Shown here: one piece after another, positions 25,875-41,800 of the stretch
Numbering within the stretch: position 1 is the stretch's first letter
Layout: each line of letters starts with the position of its first letter
Origin: Massalongia carnosa
Lineage: Eukaryota
Reading direction: 5' to 3'
Assembly (NCBI GenBank): GCA_965645245.1
Contig: OZ287072.1
Location: forward strand, 372,001 to 436,000
DNA: 64,000 bases
Translations under genes and position numbers: made by a program
The notes under the pieces: generated by a model
What the model was told of the DNA's origin: nothing
Databases searched by the model: none
Seen by the model: the letters and a program-made list of their open reading frames with translations, nothing else

Positions 25875-26914
25875 ATGGCAAATAACCGAGTAGCAAGGTG
25901 CTTGTTCCAAGTAGCAGCTTGCAGTGTGAGGTCTACAACCACAGCACCCAGATATTTTTCGGCTTCTACTGCCCGCGGACATGCTGCTGAACGAAAGCCC
26001 GAGACTACCGCATCATGGAGAGAGATTCAAAAGGCAAAGCCAACAGGGCCTCACATGACAAACACAAACTCTACGATTGCAAACGATATGCCTAGCGTAG
26101 GCGTTGATAAGGCGCCTCCTGAGCTTCTTACTTCTGTCGACCCAGATTTTGTACCAAAAGATTCAGTGCCTGAGAATACCGAGCGAATGACAGGCGGAAC
26201 TCAAAAGGCCATACCTGAAAATGGTGCTAATACAGAACTTGGTGTGGGAGAAATGGAAGGAGCTCAGTTCAAAGTGGAGCCGTTGAGGCGGATTGGAGAA
26301 GATGGAAATACTATGCGGGCGAGGTTGTTATGTCCGTTTCTGAGAATCTTTAAGACGAGAAACTGAATTAGTCGTGCTGACACTTTTGTAATGCCTCAGA
26401 TCAGAGCCGCAAAAGGGGGATACTCGAAAGTGATCTCCTTCTCTCCACCTTTGCCGATAGCAACTTGCCCCGAATGACCACCGACCAGCTTCAACAGTAT
26501 GACCTGTTCTTAGATGAAAATGACTGGGATATCTATTACTGGGCCACACAAGAACCTTCTCCTACATCTCGCGAAAGTGCGGAAGGCGGCAGTCTTGATA
26601 CCGCTACTCCTGCCGCCCAAGGTAAAGAAGCGGATAGGTCCGAAACAGACGAATGGAGAAATGGAGCTCCAAGAAGTGGTGAATGGGCACAGACCGTTGG
26701 TACATTCAGGCCAGCCTATAGGCCTGTGCCGCAAAGGTGGAAGAACAGCGAGATTTTGACGATGTTGAGAAGACACGTTGTTGAGCGAAGTGCCGACGTA
26801 GCACGCGAGGTGTCAAGTATTAAGCTGAAAGGGAAGGAGTTGGGACAAAGCAGCAAAGTTACTGGAGGTGGAGGGTTAGGGAGGATGCCCGAAGTACAGA
26901 ATTTCGACATATGA
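25875..26914 (+). CDS. SDH5: Succinate dehydrogenase assembly factor 2 (Sdh5/Emi5), mitochondrial
   Basis: Arg-rich presequence. Splicing (intron ~26332-26399) gives [24 protein letters not shown], followed by [13 protein letters not shown]. Confidence 0.92.
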
Positions 26915-27258
26915 TTGACTTTCATAATATTGTTAATGGTCTTACGTCATATTTAAAGCTCTCAGTTCTTTTGTTGATCATAAAACTTTCTAGTGCTCTG
27001 CTATCTATTTTCTGCTTTTCAGAGGAGGAAGAGTGTCCCGTCCCGCATGCAGCTAACATTATGAACGAAAGGAATCACAAGAACTAAAAGAGATTCTTAC
27101 TCGTTTCGAATAGCGTTTCTCACTTCACTTATCGTTTCTCCGCCATCCAGAGCGGCAGGATTGGCTCCTTTCTTCGATTGTTCTCTTAGCTTGTCTTGCG
27201 TTTCATTTGAGTGACAAAACGCAAACGTCTTCTGGCTAGCCGCATAGCCACGCAAATT

Positions 27259-27626
27259 GGAATGTGGCTTCCTTATGGTCACATGGCAGCATTCCCCAAT
27301 CCAGGGGTGGCTGAGATATCTAATATCCGAATGCAGATTCAATTCGGCTCAACTACCCATAAAAGCGCAAAACCTGCTAGGTAGAAGTTGAAGTGCTAAC
27401 TTACATTCCAACTGATCAAGCGCTCATTTGGAATGTTCCTCCAAAAGCCGGGGCTGGGTTTGACAGCTCATAAATAGGTGCTGGTTGTTTTGTTTACTTT
27501 GGGTATCTTCATATGCTGATCTATCTACCTGAATTTTCCCCCTAAATAGTCATTGACATGGTCTTATGATATAAATTTTGCCACCAGGCTGGTCATTACT
27601 GAAAAAGTAAGCGAGACGCTTGCGGG
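27259..27626. promoter_or_regulatory. Cluster of AbaA-type elements (CATTCY) and a WetA-element-like site upstream of wetA
   Basis: GGAATG at 27259, CATTCC at 27290, CATTCC at 27404, GGAATG at 27430. ACGCTTGCGGG at 27616 is a 9/11 match to CCGYTTGCGGC. Confidence 0.55.
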
Positions 27627-27634
27627 TTGACAAA

Positions 27635-29281
27635 ATGTTGAGCTTTAATCCCATTGAAACATCCTTCCAGCTCGAAGACAAAGGGCTCGATTTCTCTTCA
27701 AACTTTGATGATCCATACAATGATGTCTTTGGCCAGCATATTGGCCAAGAATCGCCCACATCACTCGATAACATCAGTCAATCGCATTCTTTTGAGTGTC
27801 TTGATTTTTTCATCGACGATACAACATCCGCTGGAAGTAACGTCGGTGGCCACGTTTTTCACAACCTAGTTAACCCAAAGATATTGCGACCGCCAGGGTT
27901 CCCGCAAGCCAATCTCCGTTGCACGCAGTCTCAAGAGGTTTTGCCGTCACAAGCATATCAAAGATTCGCACGCAGTGAAAAGCCTAAACCTGCTATCTCT
28001 GGTGCCGAGTTGCTCAATCTCGAAGGCAAACTCCCGCTTCGAACGTTTCCAGTCAGATCATCTCTTACATCCACATCAGCGACGCATGTGATTCCTCCAT
28101 TACGGAGGAAGGCTAGGTTCTGCAACAGCTCCCCAGAGACGCTGCGCCAACGCAACTATAAATTTTCAGAAAGCCCCGGAGGTGGGTCTAATGACTCATC
28201 CAGGATGATGCGTCCCTCATATTACTATCATCATGAAATGCCTTCGTTCCACGAATGGACAGAGCGTTTTGAACAGATAAATCTTCAGAGCCCAGTTAAC
28301 GGCGTTCCCAGTCCTCCACCGCCTCATAAGGGGGTGATTCGAGATGGGAAACAACCAAGAACCTTACCGTTGCGTACCGGGTCTTGCCTTGGAGGAACTC
28401 CGCATGAAAATACGCATGATGAGAAGACACCCCACTCGAGACATGCATTAGTGGAGATGACCGAGTTCAGCCCCCTCTCGTCGTCGCCTGTTGCGTTCTC
28501 TCCCCTGGAAGAGCCATCGCTACGGCATTCAATCATGGCGACCAATGGTTGTCGAGAAATAAGAAGCAGGGGATGGGACAAAGCTTCAATTAGTTCGCCT
28601 ACCCCACACCAGCCGTCGCCTTGGGCGCAAGCCATGACAAGTACGGATAGTTTTGCTTTGACCATCTCCCCCAGTGAGATGCATTCAGAGTGGCCTGAAG
28701 GTCTGTTGGGTTCATCAGATGCTTACTATGAGAATATTGGGGCCTCACAGTCAGCGCCTGCTCTTGCGCATGCCAACGTGAACTTCATAAATCCAGGCCT
28801 TATGATCCATTGCGATCCGTACGCTCCCTTCGTTAGCGAGGATCCCTCTGAGGATTATTATGTCACTCCATCAGACCCGTTTCAATCCACGGGGTTTGAC
28901 GCCTATCCTGCTCTCCCTTCGCCTGTCATACCCACAGGCCGGCCGTACAGTCCATCATCTCCCTTGTCGTCGCCATGTCCCTCACCATCACCAACCAGCA
29001 AGGCACATTGCAAGACCAACCGGCGCTCCAAGTTCAGCCGTCGCAAGCCCTCGGCAGGAGCCCTTACATCGCTGAATGCTCTCGGCTTCGTCAATTTTAC
29101 GCCTAACGACAGTCAAAAGATTCTTACCGGCGTGGCTCCAAGCGGAAGCTCCAAGACCAAAGCCAGGCGGGAGCAGGAGGCCAATGAGAAGAAGAGGAAG
29201 TTGAGCCTCGCGGCGGAGAAGGTTGTTAAGGAAGCGGGTGGGGATGTGGAACGGCTACGAGCTTCGGGGTTATTCGCGTAA
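27635..29281 (+). CDS. wetA: Developmental regulatory protein WetA
   Basis: Intronless Ser/Pro-rich ORF ending in the ESC1/WetA domain GFVNFTPNDSQKILTGVAPSGSSKTKARREQEA...AGGDV. Confidence 0.92.
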   Translation: MLSFNPIETSFQLEDKGLDFSSNFDDPYNDVFGQHIGQESPTSLDNISQSHSFECLDFFIDDTTSAGSNVGGHVFHNLVNPKILRPPGFPQANLRCTQSQEVLPSQAYQRFARSEKPKPAISGAELLNLEGKLPLRTFPVRSSLTSTSATHVIPPLRRKARFCNSSPETLRQRNYKFSESPGGGSNDSSRMMRPSYYYHHEMPSFHEWTERFEQINLQSPVNGVPSPPPPHKGVIRDGKQPRTLPLRTGSCLGGTPHENTHDEKTPHSRHALVEMTEFSPLSSSPVAFSPLEEPSLRHSIMATNGCREIRSRGWDKASISSPTPHQPSPWAQAMTSTDSFALTISPSEMHSEWPEGLLGSSDAYYENIGASQSAPALAHANVNFINPGLMIHCDPYAPFVSEDPSEDYYVTPSDPFQSTGFDAYPALPSPVIPTGRPYSPSSPLSSPCPSPSPTSKAHCKTNRRSKFSRRKPSAGALTSLNALGFVNFTPNDSQKILTGVAPSGSSKTKARREQEANEKKRKLSLAAEKVVKEAGGDVERLRASGLFA

Positions 29282-29912
29282 CATTGGAGGATAATGTGTA
29301 CAAGTGTCATCTGTATTTAGTCTTCAGAGAGGGTACTATTGGTATTCTGTACAGAGTACTGCTAAATGTTCAGGTACCCACAACGCCAAAGAGAATAGGA
29401 AGAAGAGAGCGAGAAAAAAAACACCGAAAAAACGCATGACAGTCACCAGCCACCAGTCACCAATCTAACTAAAATAGGTAGATATTTAGCTCCGGCTTTT
29501 GAGCCTAAGCGAATCAGTTGCCGAATGACGTAGCTAAAAACTCTCGAATTTTCCATCCCTTTTGATGTGTCACCTGGAAACCCAGTTTTATGACTTCATT
29601 TGCCACGAAGTACTCCTTACACTAATACTAATCATGATCTTCTAAAGCAATGACGGTGTCGGTGCTCTCAATATCACAAACCAACACTCTCAATTGCGTG
29701 GCGGATAATGTTCACTTGACGGTTTTCTTTACCCTAGAGTACCCTTCCTATAAACTACGATGAACTTTCATCACTTTAGCCGCCGTTTTCGCGGTTTGGT
29801 GTAGCGCATTGCGCGTCGTTTGTTGTCCGCATCCCCACTCCCGAATATGCTACCTCGTCAAGTGTTAAGCTGATCTGTTTTCAGCTAGACTGTCATACGA
29901 ATTCCACGCATT

Positions 29913-32900
29913 ATGGGGGAGATTTCTAGAGAAAAGGATGGTGCGAACCTAGATTCGAATCGCCAGGCAATAGAGTTTCCTTTTCCTGCAACGAATAACG
30001 CCAGATCATTCAAAGTCCCTGCTTTAGATGCAGCGAACAAAGCTTCCTCCGGTAGTCGAACGCCTCCTATCGGTGGAGGTGCTCCTCCGAAAGCCATGGG
30101 TGCACGTCCTTCACATCCTTCTCGCCGGGCTTATACGTCGAAACCCAGGCCTCCGCTACAAGCTCGTAATTTTCGAACTCAGAGGCCTATACCCATGCCA
30201 CAGCAGTCACGTTTTCGTCCAAAGAGAGCACTAACAACTCACGTCCCAACCGCTCTGAATTTTGCTACTTGGCATTCAGACGCGGATTGGGATTCAGACA
30301 GTTCGTCTTCATCCTCGGACGAAGACGAGATGACCACCAGCCCTGGGAGAACTCAGCCAGCAGCTACTAAGGCAGTGACAAAGGAAAAGTCTGCAGGCAG
30401 GTCCAAAGATGCAGCTAATGCCCGAAGACGAAAGTCCACTTCTCAACATTTCTCAAGATTTTCTGTTGGCGATGGCAACTTCAAAACCCGTGGAAAGGTC
30501 TCCAAGACCAGCGGCAGGCTAAACATAAGCGTTAATGAAACCTCAAATCGCGGATATCTAGTAAAAGCGCTCGGTGCCACTTTACAAAACCATCTTAAGC
30601 CAGATCGGACTCGTGAGGATTCGGACAATCAATCAGGTACCTTAACGCCGCTTCACAAGGAAGATGGCCCCAAGAGACCGGATCTTCTCTCTAGGCTATC
30701 GACTTTGAAAACCATCCAAGTTTTCGACAAGAAGTTGGTACCTAGGCTAAACCTTGTGATCATGGTTATTGGAAGTAGAGGGGATATTCAGCCGTTCCTA
30801 AAGATTGGCAAGTTACTTAAGGAAGAATATGGACATCGGGTTCGGATAGCCACTCATCCAGCTTTTAAAGAGTTCGTCGAGCAAGACTCGGGGTTGGAGT
30901 TTTTCTCGGTTGGAGGAGATCCTGCAGAGCTGATGGCCTTCATGGTCAAAAATCCTGGACTGGTACCATCTGTCTCTACGCTGAAAGCAGGTGAAATTGG
31001 TAAGAAACGAGAATCGATGTTTGAGATGTTTCAAGGGTTCTGGCGAGCATGTATCAACGCCACGGATGATGAAGATAACCTGTCAAACCGGCAAATGATG
31101 GAAATCAAAACTCCTTTTGTAGCAGATGCAATTATCGCCAATCCACCTTCGTTTGCTCATATACATTGCGCCGAACGGCTCGGAATCCCACTTCATTTAA
31201 TGTTTACATTTCCTTACAGTCCTACTCAGCAGTTTCCACATCCTTTAGCGAATATTAAGAGTAGCAATGTTGATACTAATTATACTAATTTCATATCATA
31301 TCCGTTGGTAGAAATGATGTATGTTAGACCCCTCGCTTCCATGAGTATCTAACTAACGTGTCAAGGACATGGCAAGGGCTTGGTGATTTGGTGAACCGCT
31401 TCCGGGTCAAGACGTTAGGTTTAGAACCTGTCTCTACTTTATGGGCGCCTGGCCAGCTCTTTCGATTGAAAGTGCCGTATACGTATCTATGGTCTCCTGG
31501 ACTAATTCCTAAGCCAGCAGATTGGGGTCCCGAGATTGATATTGCTGGTTTCGTATTCCTTGACCTTGCCTCGTCCTTCAAACCGCCTGAAAGTCTGGTT
31601 CAATTCCTAGCAGCTGGCGAACCACCGGTCTACATTGGCTTTGGCAGTATTGTTGTCGACGATCCGGACAAGTTTACGGCCTTGATTTTCGAGGCAGTGA
31701 AGAAGGCGGGCATCCGGGCTCTCGTGAGCAAAGGCTGGGGAGGTCTTGGTGACGAAGGAAATACACCCGACAATATATACATGCTGGAGAATACACCACA
31801 CGATTGGCTATTTCCCCGCGTAAGTGCTGTCATACATCATGGTGGCGCTGGAAGTACTGCTATTGGATTGAAATGCGGGAAGCCTACAATGATTGTGCCA
31901 TTTTTTGGTGATCAGCCATTTTGGGGCTCCATGGTGTCGAAGGCTGGTGCAGGTGCCCATAATGCTATACCTTACAAACATCTCTCGGTCGAAGCGTTTG
32001 TGGAAGGGATTAAACAATGCCTCTCTCCGGAGGCGAAGACTGCGGCAGAGAGACTGGCCGAAAGTATTGCAGCAGAAGGTGATGGTGCCAGCAACGCTGT
32101 CAACTCATTTCACAACCATCTTCGATTGCATGGCGAACACACCATGCGCTGCTCAATTCTGCTCGACCGTGTCGCTACCTGGCAGGTTAAGAAATCGAGC
32201 TTGAGGTTGTCAGCGCTTGCCGCCGAGCTTCTAGCTCAGAAGAAAAAAATCAAGTGGCATGACTTAAGGCTGATACGCCACCAAGACTGGAACGATTTTG
32301 AGGGTCCTGGCGAGCCACTCACTGGTGGCGGAGCGGCTCTTCTGAATTCAGCGGGGGGAATCGTCAAAGGTGTTGGTGGCGTGCCTTTGAGATGGGCTAA
32401 AAGCTTCAAGAAACGAGACCAACAGAAAGAGCAGACTCGGAAAAACTCCGGATCGCCACCAAAGAAAGGTAAAAATGCTGAGCCGGCTGTGAAAGGTTGC
32501 GAGGACTGTCAAACTGGGAACGCCGATGATAAACGGAAGTTCTCGCTTGGGGGCAAACACGGTATCGAGACACATCTGCAAGAAAGGTTTAGAAGTGTAG
32601 CCATGGGCAGCAATGCTACACGGAATCCAGGCGACGCCCTTGATAGTAATGATGAAGACGCAACCCTTTACAACACCAGGGAAGGCTCAAGAAAGGCATC
32701 AGGAAACAATATTGCACAAGATATCGCCATTGACACAGGTTCCGGGCTCGCAAAAACTGGCGAAGCACTTGCAAAAGGTAAGGAGATTTAAGGATCTTGT
32801 TATGTGAGATCACAACTGACTTGCTCATTAGTCCCGATGGATCTCTCTTTAGCAATAGCTCAAGGCTTTCACAACGCTCCCCGTTTGTACGGCGATTCCA

Positions 32901-33598
32901 CAGTTCGAACCCCCATCCGGGTTTCAGGCATTCAATCGGGGCTCCGGGCCGCTGGTGAAGAGTTTACTCTTGGCATCTACGATGGCGTTACAGGTCTTTT
33001 CCTACAACCCTACAACGGCGCTAAACAGGGTGGTGCATTAGGATTCGTTCAAGGTCTCGGAAAAGGTCTTGGTGGCTTCGTACTGAAAGATCTTGCTGCG
33101 GTCATTGGCCCGATCGGTTACACGCTCAAAGGTCTACATAAAGAAATTGTCAAGGGCAAACAGCTGACCGCCTTTATTCGACGTGCGAGAATGTTCCAAG
33201 GTGAAGAAGACCTAGAGGCACTAAGCGAGGCCGAAAAGGCAGAAATCAATGAGAAGATCGACGCAGCGTGGAACGTAGTCATGGAGATCCGGCATGAGCT
33301 GGAGTTGACCAAGGAAGAGGGGCTCAAGGGGCGGATGGCGGTCATGATGAGTAAGCGGCGGCTCTCTAAGGAGGGCGCGTTTGAGAGCGTGGAGACGACC
33401 AGGAAGGCCTTTGTGGAGTGGAAGAAGGAAAGGGCGGCGGTAGAGCTTAGAGGTGGTGGTGGAAAGAGGGCGATGGGATGGACGACGATGGGAGGGTGGG
33501 CAGAGGAGAAGGGATGGATTCCTAGGAGAAAGAGAGCGAAGTTGGAGGGACTAGAGGTTTGTGGGGTCGCGAAGGTAGACGAGAAAGTTGCCGTGTAA
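29913..33598 (+). CDS. Glycosyltransferase family 1, sterol 3-beta-glucosyltransferase-like (no PH/GRAM domains seen)
   Basis: GSRGDIQPF, RIATH, IIANPPSFAH, YIGFGSIVV, PHDWLF, HHGGAG, PFFGDQPFWG. Introns at ~31319-31365 and ~32778-32830; C-terminal GFHNAPRLYGD region. Confidence 0.92.
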
Positions 33599-35078
33599 CA
33601 ATCGACGTAGGGGATTGGGTCTTAGGGAAAGAGCTACAGCGAATGGCGGTGGAATTAATAACCGCAACGAGATCATGGTGGCAGGCGCGAGGGTTTGAGG
33701 AGGCGTGTGAAATGGAATTGAAGAAGCAGATACCCCCGGGATAAGGATTGCATGGTTTTGGGAAGTTGGAGGGAGGGTTGATCGATCATACTACCATTCG
33801 AGCGCTGGTGTTGGGGGGAGGATGTTTACTATCCTAACACCCATATTTCAAGGTCTAAGGGACTGACTGGTTCACTTACTCATCCTTATTGATGACGTTA
33901 CAACCCCGCGGCACCCTCCGTTGAATTGAAAAACAAATTAGGGGGATTCCTTGCGTTAAACATCTCCCCTTCATCCTACCTGCCCACCTTTCAGCACCAT
34001 CCCCGAATCACCACCAGAACCCTAACAACTCCTAAACAATACACCGACCGGCTGAAGTCCCTTGACCCCGACGACCCCCGGACTTTTTCTTTTAAGGGAG
34101 GGAGTGGGAGTTTTAGAGGAGGGAGGTTTTGGAGATTGAGCGGAGGAAATGGGGGAGGAGGGGGTAAAGAGAGTAGAAAATAAAGCAGCAGCAGAAGCCC
34201 AAGGAGGTGGGAGCTGGGGGGTGGACCTGGAACTGGGAGTGGGACTTGGACTTGGACATGAGATGAGGGTGGAAAGTGGTATGGCTAATATAAGTCGAGA
34301 TGGGACAGGACTATATAAGATAGTATTAAGATAAGACAAGACGGGATATGGGATAAGGGTGTATGTAAGGTATGTACGTTTTTTTCTTCTTTTTTTTTAT
34401 GTAAAAAAAGAGGGGAGAGGTTTAATGCTTTGCGAACTTGAATTTCCCGTAATATCGGGAGTTCAAGGATACCTTACATATATCTTGGATTAAACTGGAG
34501 TAGATTTGGAAAATATAGAATAAGCGCCATAAAATAATATGCAAGAAAGATAGTAATTTAGACGAGCGTCAGAATACATATTTGAGAGAGAGAAAAAGTC
34601 TCGGGATTTAAATTAATGAAGAATTGAGTCGAATCGAATCGAATCGAACATTATGACTAGGTCGTCGTTTTTGCCATGAAAAAACTGCATCGTTTCTTCC
34701 ATGTGTAAGGCCCTGCTGTAGATTGTATAAAGTTGCTCGCTCCCTCATCATCATCATCATAATTATCATCCTTAGATGAAATCGTATGTGTTCCGGCCCT
34801 CTCGCGTCAGATAGCCCGCTCCCGTCCATCTATCCGAAAGCTAATATGTAAGCCAACAGCTGAGATGTCTCATGCAAAGAACGGTCCCTATCTTGGAGTT
34901 GCTGCGGAATACCCTTACCGAAAAGGAACATTTGCTCGGGAGGAAGCCGAGGATCGCCAATTTGCCAAGTTCGAAATCAGAAACGCCTCCCTTTGTATTA
35001 AAAGCTGCAAAAACCCAACGTAATCAATCAAAGATCATTCCGAACATGTCAAAAGGGCTCGAATCCTGTCTCTATCCC

Positions 35079-37825
<2,747 letters not shown>

Positions 37826-40338
37826 GTTAGATGTACCTTTGCGGCTTTTCCAAGCTTACCCCAACAGTTATCGGTGTTGGATAGTCTGCTAATATTGAGA
37901 TGAGGGGTGACAAGGGGTTGGAAACCCAACTCTTTAAAATCTAACACACCTCCCAGCAGTCTGAAAAGCTGTTGCCTTGCTTTCAACTGAGACTTTCAGA
38001 AGCCGAAGCTACCTGCGGTGATTCCAAGGAGAATGTATCGAAGATCCGTAAAGGTTGATTATGGTAAAGGGTAGCAAGGTTCGCTGGTAACGATTCCAAG
38101 ATAGCGAGTATAGATCTGAACAAGTCGACTTAAGAATCTATGTTGATTCTCTGGATTGGTGGCGATGAAGCAGACATATAGTAGGGCAAAAGCGTGAATA
38201 TAGGGAGCGGTTTCCTTCAATGGCACTAGAGGCCGATGGTAGTCAAGACGGGTGACGTAAGTGACACGACTTTCAACTTTTGAAGCAATGTTTCTGGTAT
38301 TTTTTAGATGCAAAACAAACTTAAGAATGTCTTCCTCTAGACCGGCTGTCATATTCTTCACTTGTTACAGATCTCTCGCAGATGTTTAGTTTCATTTAGT
38401 GAAGGTAACGGAGCACCGGAGTAACTACCCGCACGGGCCGGAGGTTTAGCGTGATTGATTACCGCATGACGCTAAGCTAGTTATGTATCAAACTGAAGTT
38501 CTGAGACCTGATTGAATTATTGCCCTTTACACAGTAGACGTGTACGGAAAGAGGTATAAACTCTTAATTTTCGGTGCCAGCTAATCACGTACCATGGCTA
38601 CAGAGATACTCTAATTCATCATAGAAACAGTCAAGGACTATGATGGTAGGAAATCCTTAGATGATCAAACATTTCGTTACCCTTAGCTATCTAGGTCGTC
38701 TCCGGGATGAAGTTGCTAGTATGCTATTTATCTCATTATTAACATTGATAGCTCGCATTAAAGTATGCCTTGAAGGCTAATGAAGGAAGAAAGCTCGCAA
38801 TATGTTTGTTGACGAATGATATTATGAAGACCTTAGTCCTAAACTTTACCTTTTCTAAAATAGTGTACAGTACATGATGCCCTCACTTAGTCTACCCACC
38901 AATCCAATACGATATTTGGAAGCCAGATCGCCATCTACGGCGCTTCAACGACAAAAATAACCGGAGAGCATCCACCTCATATGCCCAGACGGTGTGGTGG
39001 GCCTTGCGTGCACCGTGCAGTTCATCGCTATCATGGTCACGGGAGGGACGCTGTACGAGCTGGTCACGTTCAGCCCGAATAAGACAAAGAGACGATGTCG
39101 TTGACTTAGGCGGCGATTCTGGAGCTGGGGATATCTTCAAGCACGTTTAGGAAGCTAATGCAGGTGACCGTAGCATTTTTGGATTCGGCCATCTAGCCAC
39201 CGACGACGGTGTTGTCCATCGATAGTCTAATTTGTACCATCGATGTATTTTTTTCGGGAGACCCGGGGGTGCAAGGATGCGGAGAGTTTGAATTTGAGGT
39301 ATTGAACTAAGTGAATCAAACTTATCTCATTTTCCTATCCTTACGGTAGTGGCTGAAGTCCATATTAGCAGAAGAAGTCAACGCTCTGGGAAAGCAAACA
39401 CAAGTCGATCACCAGCCTCCAATCTTGAATCCAAAAAATGATAAAGAAATTGTAGAAGAAGCACCTAGAAATCCTAAATTCTATCATATCTTATCTATTA
39501 GCCTTCGACAGAAAAAAAGAACAATGAAAGAAAACAAGCTTCATAGTCGCAGCAAAGCCTTAGCTAATGCAGAAGCCGTTCCAGCGAATATTCACTAGAT
39601 TCAGCTTAATGTTATCATGATTCTTGGATTTAGATATAACAGATAGCCAACACTCTTCAGGTACCTCCGGCATCCAGCAAAGATGTTTGCCTTCAAGCGT
39701 CCCTTTCCTACGGACCAATCCCCATGTCCTTATGAAGTGTAGATATTCGGTGTGATCCGTTCAAATGAAGGTACTAAGGACGTGAAGATGCAATAGAGAG
39801 GAGCGAAATGTAGATTTCTTAATACCAGCTTATTTGGGAGTTAGAAGCTAGTACGCCAGGGATCTTTCCCAACCTAAGTTTTGCTGTGGCTACTTACACG
39901 AGTTGTTGCAGGTTGGTTTGTAACTACAGCCATCAATGGTCCAGGGGGATACTCGTAGGTGCAACGCAAGTAGTGACTTGGTACTGGAGGGAAGTGATAG
40001 CTGTAGTAAGCTAGTATTTCCCGGCCATCCATGAGGTTTAGATTTATGAAGGGGCTGCAATTAAGTTCCCACGCCGCTTACTATTTTACTCCATGCATAG
40101 TACTCTTATGCACGCCGTAGTTATTAGCAGTAATCGAGGCTTTTTCATCGGTAAAACATTTTTGCTTTACCTTCCTGGAGAAGAAGCTCACAATTGCGTG
40201 ATAAGGTTCTCTTAAGGATGAGCGTTTTAATATCACGAGCCTCCCACCCGACAATGATGTTTGAAGCAGTCTTGTGTTATACTTTTTTCGATGTTGAGTT
40301 GATAAGCCACGCTTCATTTTAAGATGTGGTCATTCCCT

Positions 40339-41141
40339 TCAATATCTTGCTGCTTCCTTCTCCAGCCGCTGAAGCAGCTTTTCTCTCAGAAAAGAGCTCA
40401 ATCCAAGGCTAAACATTAAATCAATAACGCGTCTTGTCACCCACAGGTCATACTTACAAGCCTGCTCTGGTAACCATCCGATAAGTACCCGAGTTCTGAT
40501 ACCTGCCATTAACGTCCACGAAGTTTCCGTCCGAATCTACCTCCAAACTTCCAAAAATATCTTCAGGCCATGGTATTCGCCCGTAATCTGGGGGATTTCT
40601 TAGGTCATAGACATGGATGTATCCACCACGGCCTCCTCCACCAGCACCACCTTGACTGCTAGCACCACCTGCACCATCGCCTCCAATCCCACCTCTAGCG
40701 CCATAGTTGATAGTTCTCGATTTCTGTCGCTGGCCAGGGAACAAGACTCCCTCAGACCTTAAACTTGATCCTGAACTTGAAGCCAGAGCTTGAGCTTGAG
40801 AGATCACGCCTGCGTCCTGGTATGCATGGTCGGCGAGCACTGAGTGTAGGATTTGGAGGAATTTGGGATTTTCGGTCAGGGAGTCGGGGGACGGGGGGAG
40901 AGCTGTGGTTGTGCCGAGGGCTAATTCCCGCTTTGGTGGAGACTGATGGAGGAAGGAGAGTATGTGGCTATTTATTGAGCGTTCATCGGGAAATACATAC
41001 TATAACACACATTATTGATATCGGTCACGGTGTAATACAACGGTTTCTTACAATATGTGGATTTCCCTCAAGCGTTGCTATTGATCTTCGGGTAACCAAC
41101 TTCACTCGTTGAGCGATCTTATAGTAAGTTCTAGCAAACAT
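40339..41141 (-). CDS. Hypothetical protein, probably mitochondrial
   Basis: Spliced model: MFARTYYKIAQRVKLVTRRSIATLEGNPHI|YVFPD...ENPKFLQILHSVLA...GYIHVYDLRNPPDYGRIPWPEDIFGSLEV...YRMVTRAG|LGLSSFLREKL. Presequence-like N-terminus; two canonical introns. Confidence 0.82.
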
Positions 41142-41252
41142 AACAATTTCTAGAAGAACTTAGCGTAAAAGACAGGAGAAAAAACCTTAACATCCAATCT
41201 AAACACCCGATTAGGGAGATTAGGTGATTAGTCAGACCGACTTCCCTAATGG

Positions 41253-41800
41253 TTTGTCTCAGTACATCAGATGTGCTAAGCCCCTCCGGGCTAGCCTGTT
41301 TCGCTAAGCTCTTTCTGATTAGCGTCCCAGCTGATTAACGTACTAGTAGCTGTGATAGCACATCTGAGTGCAGAACTCAATCAGATATTCGTAACAAATC
41401 GTGTATTATTGCTATTTTCGATATTTTGACGTTTTTTTTTTGACACTGGCTGTTTCTTCGAAGAATTCAAAGTAGAATTTGTAAAGAAAGTTTCCTGAAA
41501 TTCCTGTTTGTTGTAAAGTGCATGTGAGGCAATCTGATTGCACTTCGCGTAGAAATCGAATATCGACTTAACGAAAATAACAAGATGTATGTAAATTGCT
41601 CTGCATCCTATAAACATAAATAACCGTTGAAATTTATAACGGCAAAATCAATAATACATTGATCATGATCATATCAAGCGATGACAAACATGAAAATAAT
41701 GAGCCGCTGTTCTATAATATAGAACTCGTTTTCGTAATCTTGTAGTCAGCCTGTTAACCCGAAGGGGCTTAGCTGGGAACGTCTCAGGTACTGAGGCAAA
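41253..41800. mobile_element. Degenerate non-autonomous foldback element (MITE-like, ~550 bp)
   Basis: TTTGTCTCAGTACATCAGATGTGCTAAGCCCCTCCGGGCTA at the left end resembles the reverse complement of TTAACCCGAAGGGGCTTAGCTGGGAACGTCTCAGGTACTGAGGCAAA at the right end (with an indel). Interior is AT-rich. Confidence 0.5.

Noticed and set aside
38890..39240. GC-richer coding-like patch upstream of SNF1
   Set aside because: All frames are short or interrupted and no family was recognisable; it could be a gene relic but I cannot support a call.
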